NCBI GenBank assembly: GCA_934654805.1
Contig: CAKUGW010000003.1
Location: forward strand, 1 to 57,127
Direction: 5' to 3'
Source of the DNA: an uncultured Kiritimatiellota bacterium
Lineage (GTDB): Bacteria > Verrucomicrobiota > Kiritimatiellia > RFP12 > UBA1067
DNA: 57,127 nt
Shown: positions 34,692 to 43,496 of the stretch, one piece after another
How the letters are laid out: each line of letters opens with the position of its first letter
Position numbering within the stretch: position 1 is the first letter of the stretch
Notes under the pieces: generated by a model
What the model saw: the letters and a program-made list of their open reading frames with translations, nothing else
Told to the model about the DNA's origin: nothing
Databases searched by the model: none
Made by a program: the position numbers and the translations under genes

Positions 34692-35309
34692 TCAGCCCTC
34701 GCGGTTCAGGTTCTTCCGGATCGACTTCTCGATGGCGGCGAGCTGGCCCTCGACGGACGCCTCGACGAGACCGGCCTCCGTCTCGACGACGCAGGCCGTG
34801 CCGGAGAGGTGCGCGTCCTCGACCACGTTCGCCGTCGCGACGGACGGAAAGTCCGCGAGAATCTGCTCCAGCCGCGCGCGGACGACGGGCACCATCTCCG
34901 GGGCGACCTTGACCGTGATCTGGCGCTGGTTGCGGACGACGGCCTGCATCGACTTCCGGACGATCTGGACGACGAGTTCCCGGTCGCCGATCTCGGCCAC
35001 GCACTTGCGGAGCGCCTTCATCACGATGTCCGCCATCTTCAGCTCGACGGACTCCATGTAGCGCACGCTCTCGTCGAGGAGGTCGAGTTTCTGCATCAGG
35101 ATCTCCTGTCGGCCCTCGGCGAGGCCGTCGGCATAGCCGCGCTGGCGTTCGCGTTCGGCGGCGGCCTTCGCCTCTTCGGCGATGCGCGCGGCCTCCGCCT
35201 CGGCGGCGGCGACGACCTGTTCGGCCGTGGCGATCGCCCCGGCGTCATCGGACGAGACGCGCGCGCCGGCGGTCTCGACGTCAAAACCCTTTGTCTTCAG
35301 GAGTAGCAT
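34692..35309 (-). CDS. sctL: T3SS stator protein SctL (FliH/YscL family)
   Basis: 205 aa with an Ala/Glu-rich coiled coil followed by a globular C-terminus. Lies immediately upstream of sctN. Confidence 0.65.
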   Translation of the reverse strand: MLLLKTKGFDVETAGARVSSDDAGAIATAEQVVAAAEAEAARIAEEAKAAAERERQRGYADGLAEGRQEILMQKLDLLDESVRYMESVELKMADIVMKALRKCVAEIGDRELVVQIVRKSMQAVVRNQRQITVKVAPEMVPVVRARLEQILADFPSVATANVVEDAHLSGTACVVETEAGLVEASVEGQLAAIEKSIRKNLNREG

Positions 35310-35650
35310 AGCCTGTACGCCTCCGGGAACTTGATTCTCAGCAATGTGCGGGTGACGTCCTTCGCGCCCGCGAAATACGACTGGTAGCGCAGGGCCTCGG
35401 GATAGACGCCGGGATTGTCGGCCTTCAGCTGGCGGACGGCCTTCCCGTCGATGACCGTCCGCCAGGCGTCGAGCTGGGGAATGGCCTTGAGCCACAGCTC
35501 GATCTCCGCGCGCACGGACGGATCCAGGTAGCCGAGGCGGCGCAGGTCGCCCTTTCCGTAGACGGCAAACGTCCCCGTCGCGAGGAACTCGTCGCGCACC
35601 TTCGGCCACAGGGGGCCGTTCACCAGCTCTCGTGCCTCGTCCAGCGTCAT
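35297..35650 (-). CDS. hypothetical T3SS-locus protein in the SctK position
   Basis: 117 aa. ATGA overlap with the upstream TPR ORF and overlaps the sctL start. High GC3. No family recognised. Confidence 0.4.
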   Translation of the reverse strand: MTLDEARELVNGPLWPKVRDEFLATGTFAVYGKGDLRRLGYLDPSVRAEIELWLKAIPQLDAWRTVIDGKAVRQLKADNPGVYPEALRYQSYFAGAKDVTRTLLRIKFPEAYRLCYS

Positions 35651-35994
35651 GTCGCGGCCACCCATTGGCGGTTCTTCTTCTGCGAGTCGAGGTGACGCCG
35701 CCACCGCCGGTCGGCCTCCTCGTCACGGCCCAGCATGCGGAGCGCGCGCGTCTCCAAAAGCGCGGCGGGGCGGGCGAGCGCGTCGGGGCAGTCCGCCGCG
35801 CGCAGGACGGCGAGCGCCCTCTCCGGCTCGCTGTCCTCGACGAGCCGTTCGGCGAGGGCCGCCGCCGAGACGCCGTCGCGCGGGTCTGCCTCCACGAGCG
35901 CCTCGCAAAGCGTCTGCGCCCGCGCGCCCTGCCCGTGCCGGGCGAAGACCCACGCCGCCGTCAGCATCAGCTGCCTGTCTTCCGCATCCATCAT
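35647..35994 (-). CDS. TPR-like small protein (putative T3SS chaperone, YscY/class II-like)
   Basis: 115 aa, helical and Ala/Leu/Arg-rich repeats. Lies within the locus. Confidence 0.4.
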   Translation of the reverse strand: MMDAEDRQLMLTAAWVFARHGQGARAQTLCEALVEADPRDGVSAAALAERLVEDSEPERALAVLRAADCPDALARPAALLETRALRMLGRDEEADRRWRRHLDSQKKNRQWVAAT

Positions 35995-36016
35995 CGCCGT
36001 CCCTGAACTTGGTTCC

Positions 36017-36601
36017 TCATTTCTTCGGCGGGAGGTCCTGAAAGATCGTCACCGTGATCTTCTCGTAGGAAAGCCCCTCGATCGCGTTCTTCACGAGCGA
36101 CTTCACCTGCGGGACGGAATCGTTCAGGTCGACGTCCCACCGGCTGCGGATCGCCACGGCGGCGGAACTCGGCAGCGTGTTCTTCGCGAACGGGTCGTTC
36201 TCCGGGAGGACGACGTGGACGCGCGCGTCCACGACGCCGTCGATCATCGAGATCGTCCGCGCGAGATCCTGCGCGATCGCGTCCATGAAGCGGATGCGCT
36301 CCTCGCTCGGGCTCGACACCATGCCCGTCTTCTTGAAGACGTCGCCGACGCCGTTGAACTTGCGGCGCGGGATGCCGCGCCGTTCGCAGAGGTTCGCGGC
36401 GGCGGCGAAGTCGGCCTGGCGGATGGACACGTTCCACGTGCCCTCGTCGCCCGGCGTCTTCGTCGCCTCCAGCCCCGCGTCGATGAGGGCCGCGATCACC
36501 GCGTTCGCCTGCGACTCCTCCAGGCTCGAATAGAGCGTCGCCTCCTTGTCGCAGCCCGTCAGGGCGAGCGCCAGCGCCACCGTTCCCAAAAGCCTCTTCA
36601 T
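36017..36601 (-). CDS. sctJ: T3SS inner-membrane ring lipoprotein SctJ
   Basis: Lipobox LALALTGC, then ..LYSSLEESQANAVIAALIDAGL.. and ..ISMIDGVVDARVHVVLPE.. (YscJ/HrcJ family). Confidence 0.9.
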   Translation of the reverse strand: MKRLLGTVALALALTGCDKEATLYSSLEESQANAVIAALIDAGLEATKTPGDEGTWNVSIRQADFAAAANLCERRGIPRRKFNGVGDVFKKTGMVSSPSEERIRFMDAIAQDLARTISMIDGVVDARVHVVLPENDPFAKNTLPSSAAVAIRSRWDVDLNDSVPQVKSLVKNAIEGLSYEKITVTIFQDLPPKK

Positions 36602-36616
36602 GCCACGTGCCCTCCT

Positions 36617-36997
36617 TTACCCGTTCTTGACGAGCGTCGTGATCGCGTCCGTCGCCTTCTTCGCGATGTTGGTGACGAGCTCCTGCTGGAAGGCGAAGTT
36701 CGCGACCTCGTACTGCAGCTGCGTCAGCTGCGCGGCCGAGGCCCCTTCCATCTGCGCAATGTCCGCCAGCGCCGTCATGCGGTGCAGCATGCCCTGCCGG
36801 TCGTCCTGGGCAGCCCGCCACGTCTCGGCGACCTGGCTCGCCATCGGAACCGGCGTCGCCGCCTCCGCGCCCATCGCCCGCGCAAACGCCTCGACCGCCT
36901 GCGGGTCGACCGTCGGCGCCACAGGCTGCGCGGCCCCGACGTTCCCGGTTCCGCCGCCGGCCGCGCGCACGGCCTCGACAATCATCGCTTCTGTCAT
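36617..36997 (-). CDS. sctI: T3SS inner rod protein SctI
   Basis: 126 aa. C-terminus ..LTQLQYEVANFAFQQELVTNIAKKATDAITTLVKNG is typical of the PrgJ/YscI family. ATGA overlap with the sctG-like gene. Confidence 0.6.
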   Translation of the reverse strand: MTEAMIVEAVRAAGGGTGNVGAAQPVAPTVDPQAVEAFARAMGAEAATPVPMASQVAETWRAAQDDRQGMLHRMTALADIAQMEGASAAQLTQLQYEVANFAFQQELVTNIAKKATDAITTLVKNG

Positions 36998-37362
36998 GTC
37001 GTCAATCCTTTCGCCAGCTGCGCGGCAGCCGGGTCCTCTGTCTGTTCCGACGCCGCCTGCAGGACCTCGGACGCCTCCCTTTCGCGTCCGAGCCGCTGGA
37101 GCGCCATGCCCTTGAAGGCCAACAGCATCGCGTTGCGCGGGAAGCGCACGAGCGCCTCGCCGTCGATGTAGTCCACACACGGTGCGAACTGCTGCGCGCT
37201 GATGAGCAGGATGGCCTTGCCGACCGCCACAGACGGCGCACCGGGGCGAAACGACTCCAGGACCGCGAAGATCGTCTCCGCAGACTTGAAGCGGTTCGCG
37301 CCCGTCGCCATCAGGGCCACGTTCAGGAGAAGCCGCGCCTCTTCTGCCGTCATGTCGAACAT
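36994..37362 (-). CDS. sctG: TPR needle-subunit chaperone (YscG/PscG/CdsG-like)
   Basis: 122 aa of TPR-like helices, directly downstream of the needle gene. Confidence 0.5.
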   Translation of the reverse strand: MFDMTAEEARLLLNVALMATGANRFKSAETIFAVLESFRPGAPSVAVGKAILLISAQQFAPCVDYIDGEALVRFPRNAMLLAFKGMALQRLGREREASEVLQAASEQTEDPAAAQLAKGLTT

Positions 37363-37368
37363 CTCCGG

Positions 37369-37689
37369 TTAGCGGAAGTTGCTGGCGATCGACTTCAGCG
37401 CGTCCGCCATGTTCTTCTGGATGTTCGTCATCGTCGTGAGGGCGAGGTTCCACTGCTGCAGGTCATACTGGAGCTGCTGGAGGTTCGCCTGCACGTCCGG
37501 GTGTTCCTGGTAGGTCTTGAGCGAGGCCGCAAGGCGGTTCTCCAGCGTCTGCGCCGCGTTGAAGAGGGCGTTGTAGACGTTGTCCGTATGGATGACGTTG
37601 CCCGTCGTGCTGTCGACGCGCTGAAGGCCTGCGGCGGGATCGATGATTTCACAAAGCCCGGTGCTGGCTGCGCTCGCGTAGGTTCCCAT
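37369..37689 (-). CDS. sctF: T3SS needle filament protein SctF
   Basis: 106 aa helix-turn-helix. C-terminus ..NIQKNMADALKSIASNFR matches the MxiH/PrgI-type ..NFR end. GGAGAAG RBS. Confidence 0.75.
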   Translation of the reverse strand: MGTYASAASTGLCEIIDPAAGLQRVDSTTGNVIHTDNVYNALFNAAQTLENRLAASLKTYQEHPDVQANLQQLQYDLQQWNLALTTMTNIQKNMADALKSIASNFR

Positions 37690-37766
37690 GTTCTTCTTCT
37701 CCTGTCTGTTGTTCTCTTGTCGTTTCTTGTTTGTGATGTTCGACCACTCGGCCGAAAGTTGAAATC

Positions 37767-37976
37767 CTATTTCCTCAGCTGCAGCCGCAGGAGCTTGCGG
37801 GCGAGCGTGACCGCGTTCTCGAGTGCCGCGCACCGCTCGAACTCGCCGCGCGGCAGGCCCTTGTCCATGGCCACCTTCGCGCGCGCGGCAAGGCCCGTCA
37901 GCACCGCGTCGTAGCGCGCCAGCGCCGCCGCGCCGTCGGGTCCCGCCAATTCCCTTTCAATCTCCAGAAGCTGCAT
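37767..37976 (-). CDS. sctE: small helical co-chaperone (YscE/PscE/CdsE-like)
   Basis: 69 aa all-helical protein immediately upstream of sctF. Call is by position. Confidence 0.45.
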   Translation of the reverse strand: MQLLEIERELAGPDGAAALARYDAVLTGLAARAKVAMDKGLPRGEFERCAALENAVTLARKLLRLQLRK

Positions 37977-38003
37977 CTGCCCGTTCTTCTCCTCTCGCTT
38001 ACC

Positions 38004-38095
38004 GGCGCACTGAAGTGCGCCCTTTCGCGTTTTCCCCTCTTCTTCTCCCTTACTTCTTCCTTTTTACTTCTTACTTCTTACTTCTTACTTTTTAC
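38004..38095 (-). promoter_or_regulatory. sctD-sctE intergenic element: eight purine heptads (GTAAGAA-like) plus a 7-bp stem-loop
   Basis: Minus strand after the sctD stop: GTAAAAA GTAAGAA x3 GTAAAAA GGAAGAA GTAAGGG AGAAGAA (38040-38095), then GGCGCAC-ttca-GTGCGCC (38004-38021), then a GAGAGGAGAAG RBS. Confidence 0.8.
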
Positions 38096-39409
38096 TCACG
38101 GTCTCCACTCGAAGGTCGTGCCGCCGTCCGTCAGCGTCAGCTTGTCCGCCGCGATCCGGACGAGGCGCGCCGTGCCGAGCGACGCGCCCTCGGTGAGCCG
38201 CGTCCCGTTGCGGAGGACGACGCACGGATACGGCGCCGTCAGGATGCCGGCGATCGGGTAGTCGGGCGACGACGGCTTCGCCGTCCGGCGCTTCGGCAAC
38301 GCCGGGGCCTCGTCCGCCGCCGTCGGCGCGGTCCCGCCGACGGCGACCCCGCGCGTCTCCAGCCGTTCGATCCCCTTCACGTCGGAATTGAGCGCGCGCA
38401 CGGCCTCCGTCAGCGCGGCCGCCGTCGGGATGCGCCCGACGAGCGTGACGACGCGGTTCGACGCGGCGACGGCCTTCAGGGCCCCTTCCGTCACGACGAA
38501 GAGCAGCTCGTTCGCCGCCGCCTTCAGCGTCTCGTCGTCGGTCAGGTCGAAGCGCACGTTCGGGTCGTCCGCCAGCGCGAGCGAGCGGATCGCCAGCCGC
38601 TCGGTGCGGCGCCTGAGGTTGCCCGCGAGAAGCGGCGCGCCGTTCCGCTCGCCGAGCGCCAGCCCGTGCTGCGCGGCGATCTCGGCGAGGCTCGGCCCCG
38701 GCACGACGGCAGGCGCCGGTTTCGCGCAGCGCGCGTGGATCTCGCGGCAGAGGCCCTTCGCCCAGCCCCACGCGTGAAGCGACTGCCCGACGACGGCCAC
38801 GCGCGCCGTCTCGGCCGCCGGGCAGGCCGCGCGCACGCGCGGCCAGAAGAAGAGGAGAAGGCCGACCGAGATGACGAGAGAAGAGAGAAAGAGGAGCGCG
38901 GCGAAGAGGCAGCCCCGCCTCCGCCTCTCGCTCGCGTTCCCGCTCGCTTCGGCTTCGGCGGGTGAAGCGCCCGCCGCAGACGCAACGGACGCAGACCCCT
39001 TCACGCCAAGCCGCGCCCCCGCCGCGCCGCTGTTCGCCCCCGCCGCGTCGGGTTTTGCGCCCGTCGCGCCGTCGGCGGGTCTTCCGGGTTTTGCACCCGT
39101 CGCGCCGTCGGCGAGCCCTTTGGCGCGGGCGAGATTCTCCGGCCATTCCCCCTCGGCCGGGCCGACGGCAAACGCCGTGGTGCCGACGTCGACGATCTCG
39201 TAGGGCGTCAGCGCCTGCGTCTCGTCGCCCTTGACAAGAGTGACGGTCGTCGCCGTGACGTCGAGCTCAAAGGCGTGCGCCGGCAGGGACCCGTCGGCGA
39301 GAACGATGTCACAGTCGTCGCCGGAGCCGACCGAGACGCGCAACCCCTCGACAAGCGCGATTTCCGCGCCCTTCGTCGGCCCTTCGACAATCTTCAGCAG
39401 AAAGCTCAT
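38096..39409 (-). CDS. sctD: T3SS inner-membrane ring protein SctD with an N-terminal FHA domain
   Basis: FHA-like N-terminus (KIVEGPTKGAEIALVEG..VSVGSGDDCDIVLAD), a single TM (CLFAALLFLSSLVISVGLLLFFW) and a periplasmic domain. Confidence 0.75.
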   Translation of the reverse strand: MSFLLKIVEGPTKGAEIALVEGLRVSVGSGDDCDIVLADGSLPAHAFELDVTATTVTLVKGDETQALTPYEIVDVGTTAFAVGPAEGEWPENLARAKGLADGATGAKPGRPADGATGAKPDAAGANSGAAGARLGVKGSASVASAAGASPAEAEASGNASERRRRGCLFAALLFLSSLVISVGLLLFFWPRVRAACPAAETARVAVVGQSLHAWGWAKGLCREIHARCAKPAPAVVPGPSLAEIAAQHGLALGERNGAPLLAGNLRRRTERLAIRSLALADDPNVRFDLTDDETLKAAANELLFVVTEGALKAVAASNRVVTLVGRIPTAAALTEAVRALNSDVKGIERLETRGVAVGGTAPTAADEAPALPKRRTAKPSSPDYPIAGILTAPYPCVVLRNGTRLTEGASLGTARLVRIAADKLTLTDGGTTFEWRP

Positions 39410-39415
39410 CTTCTT

Positions 39416-41521
39416 TTACACCTTCAAGCGCCCCAAAGGCTGGATGTTGATCTCGCTCGACAGTTCCTGGAAGCTCAGCACCGGCAGCTCGTAGTAGTCC
39501 TTGTCGATCATCTTGCGGAAGTAGCGGCGAATGTCGACCGAGACGATGAAGACCGGCTTCTGGACGACGTGCGACAGGTCGCCGACCGTCTTGCGCACGG
39601 CCGCAAGTATCGCGCGCACGGTCTGCGGGTCCATCGCGAGATAGCTGCCGCCCGACGTCTGCCGCACCGACTTGCGGATCTTCTCCTCCAGCGACGGGTC
39701 GAGCAGGTAGGCGGCGATGATGTTCTGGCCGCCCGAGAACTTGTAGGAGATGTAGCGCGAGAGAGCCGAGCGCACGTACTCGACGAGCAGCACCGTGTCC
39801 TTCTCCTTCTGGCCCCACTCGACGAGCGTCTGCGTGATGCGCTTCAGGTCGCGGATGCAGATGCCCTCCTGCACGAGCCGCTGGAGGACGTCCGTGATCT
39901 TCTGGATCGGCAGGACGCGCTGGACTTCGCGCACGAGTTCCGCCGCCTCCTTCTCCATGTGGTCGAGCAGCAGACGCGTCTCCTGGATGGACAGGAACTC
40001 GTTCGCGTAGCGGCGCAGGACGCCCGAAAGGTGGTACGTCAAGACGCCGTTGAGGTCGAGGTAGCGGATGCCGGAGTCGTCCAGCGCCTGCCGGTTCGCC
40101 TCCGCCACCCAGCAGGTGTCGTGCCCGCTGATGAACGCGCGGTCGGCCTCGAAGGGAATGCCCGCCGCCTCCAGGTTGCCCTTCGCCTCCAAGGCGAAGA
40201 GGAAGCCCTTGCGGAGCTGCCCTTCGGACACTGGCACCTCGTTCACGAGCAGGCGGTAGCGTCCGTCGTGGAGGCCGCCGTTGAGCGAGAGGTTGATGCC
40301 GGGGAAGGGCACGCCGAGGTCGTGGTAGAGCGCCCGGCGGATGTCCATGATCTTGTCGTTGAGGTCCTCGTAGGTGAGCGCGCCGCGAATGTCGGCGTCG
40401 ATGTCGACCATGAGCGGCGTCACCATCGAGAAGTCGTCTTCGGACGACTTCCGGCGCTTCGGCTTCTGCCCCGGCTCCGTCGCCGGCGCGGCGGCGGCGA
40501 GCGGGTCCTCGCGGTGCGCGGCCTCGGCGGCGGCCTTCTCCGCCTTCTTCTTGAGCGACCAGCCGACGAACGCGACGCCGGCGGCGAGGCCGAAGAGCTG
40601 CACCTTCGGGAAGCCGGGAATGAGGCCGATCGCGACGAGCACGCACGCGCCGAGGATGAGGGCCTTCGGCTGCGCGAAGATCTGGTTGACGATGTCCTGT
40701 CCGAGGGGCTTCGACTTCTCCTCGCCGACGCGCGTGACGATGACGCCCGACGTGATGGAGATGAGGAGCGCGGGAATCTGCCCGACGAGGCCGTCGCCGA
40801 TCGTCAGGATGCCGAAGCGCTTGACGCACCACGTGACCTCCTTGTCGAACATCAGCATGCCGATGAGGATGCCGCCGATGATGTTGATCGCGGTGATGAT
40901 GAGGCCGGCGACCGCGTCGCCCTTCACGAACTTCATCGCGCCGTCCATCGCACCGTAGAGCTGCGACTCCTGCGCGAGCTCGCTCCGGCGCGCCTTCGCC
41001 GTCTCCATGTCGATCGCGCCCGCGCGCATGTCCGCGTCGATGGACATCTGCTTGCCGGGCATCGCGTCGAGGGTGAAGCGCGCGGCGACCTCCGACACGC
41101 GCTCGGCGCCCTTCGCGATCACGACGAACTGGACGATCGTGATGATGAGGAAGATGACCGCGCCGACGACGAAGTTGCCGCCGACGACGAAGTTGCCGAA
41201 CGTGTTGATGATCGCGCCCGCCGCGTTCGGGTCCTGCGAGCCGTGCAGCAGGATGCAGCGCGTCGTCGTCACGTTCAGCGACAGGCGGAAGAGCGTCGTG
41301 AAGAGAAGCATCGACGGGAACGTCGAGAACGCGAGCGCGCGCGGCAGGTAAAGCGAGAGCATCAGCAGCACGGCCGAGATGCAGATGTTCGTCGAGATCA
41401 GCAGGTCGACGACCGGCGATGGCAGCGGGATGATGAGAAGCCCGATGATGCAGACGACGAGAAAGGCGAGAATCAGGTCTCCGTATTTCGCCATGCCGCC
41501 GCCGATGTTGAAGATCTTCAT
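39416..41521 (-). CDS. sctV: T3SS export gate protein SctV (LcrD/InvA/FlhA family)
   Basis: ..FPSMLLFTTLFRLSLNVTTTRCILL..MPGKQMSIDAD..GAMDGAMKFVKGDAVAG.. motifs. 701 aa from ATG 41521. Confidence 0.95.
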   Translation of the reverse strand: MKIFNIGGGMAKYGDLILAFLVVCIIGLLIIPLPSPVVDLLISTNICISAVLLMLSLYLPRALAFSTFPSMLLFTTLFRLSLNVTTTRCILLHGSQDPNAAGAIINTFGNFVVGGNFVVGAVIFLIITIVQFVVIAKGAERVSEVAARFTLDAMPGKQMSIDADMRAGAIDMETAKARRSELAQESQLYGAMDGAMKFVKGDAVAGLIITAINIIGGILIGMLMFDKEVTWCVKRFGILTIGDGLVGQIPALLISITSGVIVTRVGEEKSKPLGQDIVNQIFAQPKALILGACVLVAIGLIPGFPKVQLFGLAAGVAFVGWSLKKKAEKAAAEAAHREDPLAAAAPATEPGQKPKRRKSSEDDFSMVTPLMVDIDADIRGALTYEDLNDKIMDIRRALYHDLGVPFPGINLSLNGGLHDGRYRLLVNEVPVSEGQLRKGFLFALEAKGNLEAAGIPFEADRAFISGHDTCWVAEANRQALDDSGIRYLDLNGVLTYHLSGVLRRYANEFLSIQETRLLLDHMEKEAAELVREVQRVLPIQKITDVLQRLVQEGICIRDLKRITQTLVEWGQKEKDTVLLVEYVRSALSRYISYKFSGGQNIIAAYLLDPSLEEKIRKSVRQTSGGSYLAMDPQTVRAILAAVRKTVGDLSHVVQKPVFIVSVDIRRYFRKMIDKDYYELPVLSFQELSSEINIQPLGRLKV

Positions 41522-41541
41522 GTCTCTGTCTGCCCTCAAGC

Positions 41542-41925
41542 CTAGCTCTCCAGGAGCGACGCCCGGTAGAAGTCCAGGAGCTCCGTGTCCTCCAAAAGCG
41601 CCTCCAGCTCGTCCGCCGCCCGCTGCGCCGCCGCGCCCTTCCGCCCGCGCAGCGTCCGAATCGCCTTGTGCGTCGCCTGGCGGAAGCCGTTCGCCGAGCG
41701 CAGGAGCGTCGAGTTCCCCTCGGCCGCCAGCATGCCGAGGATGGCGCCGCTGACCGTCGGGTCCTTCGGGAAGATGCCGTTCAGGGCCTCGGAGACGGTC
41801 GTCGAGCCCGGCAGGACCTTCCCCTGCGTCATCCCCCTGGTCTGCCCCGCCGGCGCCTCGTTGTACTCGGACATCGAGATGCCCGTGTTGAAGCTGACGC
41901 CTTCCGTGACCCGGTTCAGGTTCAT
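41542..41925 (-). CDS. small T3SS-locus protein in the YscX/SctX position
   Basis: 127 aa, lying between the chaperone and sctV as yscX does in Ysc-type loci. ATGA overlap upstream. Confidence 0.3.
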   Translation of the reverse strand: MNLNRVTEGVSFNTGISMSEYNEAPAGQTRGMTQGKVLPGSTTVSEALNGIFPKDPTVSGAILGMLAAEGNSTLLRSANGFRQATHKAIRTLRGRKGAAAQRAADELEALLEDTELLDFYRASLLES

Positions 41926-42308
41926 GCCACGGACCTCCCGAAGACATCCGCCGCCTGCCAGAGCGCGCGGAACGCCTGCTCCAGCCCCGCCGCCGTCAGG
42001 TCGCGCTCGTCGAGGCGCGTCACGAAGCGCGCCTCGCCCGTCTTCTCGAGCCGGACAGCCCGAATCTTGAGGCCCGCCGCCTGCGCGGCCGGATGCGCGC
42101 GCGTCAGGAGCCTGCGCATCGTGTCCGCCGACGCATCGGCCGCAAGGCCGACCGAGACCATCAGCCCGCCCTCGCCATACTCCAGATAGAGCGCACGCCC
42201 GTTCTCGAAGCGCACGCCCGCTGCGCCGCGGTCGTTGAGCGCGAACGACGACAGCCCGAGCGAACGCCCGAAGGCGCGCACTGTCTCGGCGATCCAGGAG
42301 GCGATCAT
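41922..42308 (-). CDS. class I T3SS chaperone (CesT/SycN/Scc-like)
   Basis: 128 aa with the pattern ..FALNDRGAAGVRFENGRALYLEYGEGGLMVSVGLA.. typical of the CesT fold. Follows the gatekeeper gene. Confidence 0.6.
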   Translation of the reverse strand: MIASWIAETVRAFGRSLGLSSFALNDRGAAGVRFENGRALYLEYGEGGLMVSVGLAADASADTMRRLLTRAHPAAQAAGLKIRAVRLEKTGEARFVTRLDERDLTAAGLEQAFRALWQAADVFGRSVA

Positions 42309-43495
42309 GCCGCGCGCCCTCCTTCCCCCTCCTGATTCTTGCGATCCGCCTCTTCCTGCAGGGCGACGAGCCCGTCAAGGTGCTCCTGCGCGGCGTCCTC
42401 CAGCCGGAAGCGATCGGCCTCCTGGTCGAAGAGGCGAGGCGAAAGCTGGCGGAAGACGTCGATGAGGCCCGTGCAGAAGTAGATTTGCGCGAGCAGTTGC
42501 GACAGGCCGCACGTGGAGACGAGCGAGGCGATGTTCGCGGCGTTCACGAACGGCATCTGCGTGAAGTCCATGACGCGCCCCGTCAACTTCTCGCCGCTGA
42601 GGAGGCACGGCTCGCCGAACTGCGAAGCCATCTTGCCCGACAGCACGGTGAGCTTGTCGAGGCAGGTCTTCAGCACCTGCACGCACTGGAGGTCGCCGAG
42701 GATGCGGCGCAGCTCCTCCGGGCTCTGCGACGGGGACGGGCTCTGCAGGTCGACGCCGCAGCCCTTGATCAGGAAGTCGATCGCGTCGGCAAGCCGGCCC
42801 GCCCCGCGCGTCTGCAGCAGCGACGCGAAGCAGTTCTGCGGCGACTTGAAGCCCAGCACCTCGCCGCGATAGAGGTCTCGCAGGCCCTGCATCTCCTCCG
42901 GGCTCTGCGCCTTCGCGTTGACGACCGCCGCGAGGTTGACGCCCGCGCGGATCTCCGCCCCCTTCGTCCGCGTGAGCTCCTGCTTCGCCGTCTCCAGCAG
43001 CCTGTGCAGGTCGGCCTCCTCCGGCGCGAGCGCCTGCTCCAGGATGTCGACCATCGCGAACTGGTGCGAGGGGTCGCGCGACCCTTCGCCCAGCATCTTC
43101 AGCAGCTGCCCCGGATCCATCGAACGGCCCGCCTGCGCCATCTGGCGGAGCGCACGGAGCATCCGCTCCATGAAGGCGCCGCCCGGCAGGTCGGGCAGCG
43201 TCTTCTGCCACGTCTCGACCGCCGTCACGTAGGCGTTGCGGTTCGCGCGCGCCGCGCCCAGCTTGCGCTCGGCGACGGACTTCAGCTCCTTCTCCTCGAA
43301 CTGGAAGGACAGCTCCTCCATCGAGTCCATGAGGTCGGCCATCGGATCGTCCATGACCTGCAGCGTGAAGCCCATCGCCTGTCCCGACTCCACCGCCGCC
43401 TTGTTCGTCTGGGCGGCGGAGAACGCCTCGTTCTGCAGGGCGTCGAAACGTCCTGCCTGAAGCGCCTGGCGCATGATCTGGGCCGCGTCGAGCAT
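42305..43495 (-). CDS. sctW: T3SS gatekeeper SctW (YopN/InvE/MxiC/CopN family, TyeA-like C-terminus fused)
   Basis: 396 aa. HrpJ-like region ..EELSFQFEEKELKSVAERKLG.. and ..FLIKGCGVDLQS..LGDLQCVQVL.. pattern. Confidence 0.8.
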   Translation of the reverse strand: MLDAAQIMRQALQAGRFDALQNEAFSAAQTNKAAVESGQAMGFTLQVMDDPMADLMDSMEELSFQFEEKELKSVAERKLGAARANRNAYVTAVETWQKTLPDLPGGAFMERMLRALRQMAQAGRSMDPGQLLKMLGEGSRDPSHQFAMVDILEQALAPEEADLHRLLETAKQELTRTKGAEIRAGVNLAAVVNAKAQSPEEMQGLRDLYRGEVLGFKSPQNCFASLLQTRGAGRLADAIDFLIKGCGVDLQSPSPSQSPEELRRILGDLQCVQVLKTCLDKLTVLSGKMASQFGEPCLLSGEKLTGRVMDFTQMPFVNAANIASLVSTCGLSQLLAQIYFCTGLIDVFRQLSPRLFDQEADRFRLEDAAQEHLDGLVALQEEADRKNQEGEGGRAA

Positions 43496-43496
43496 C

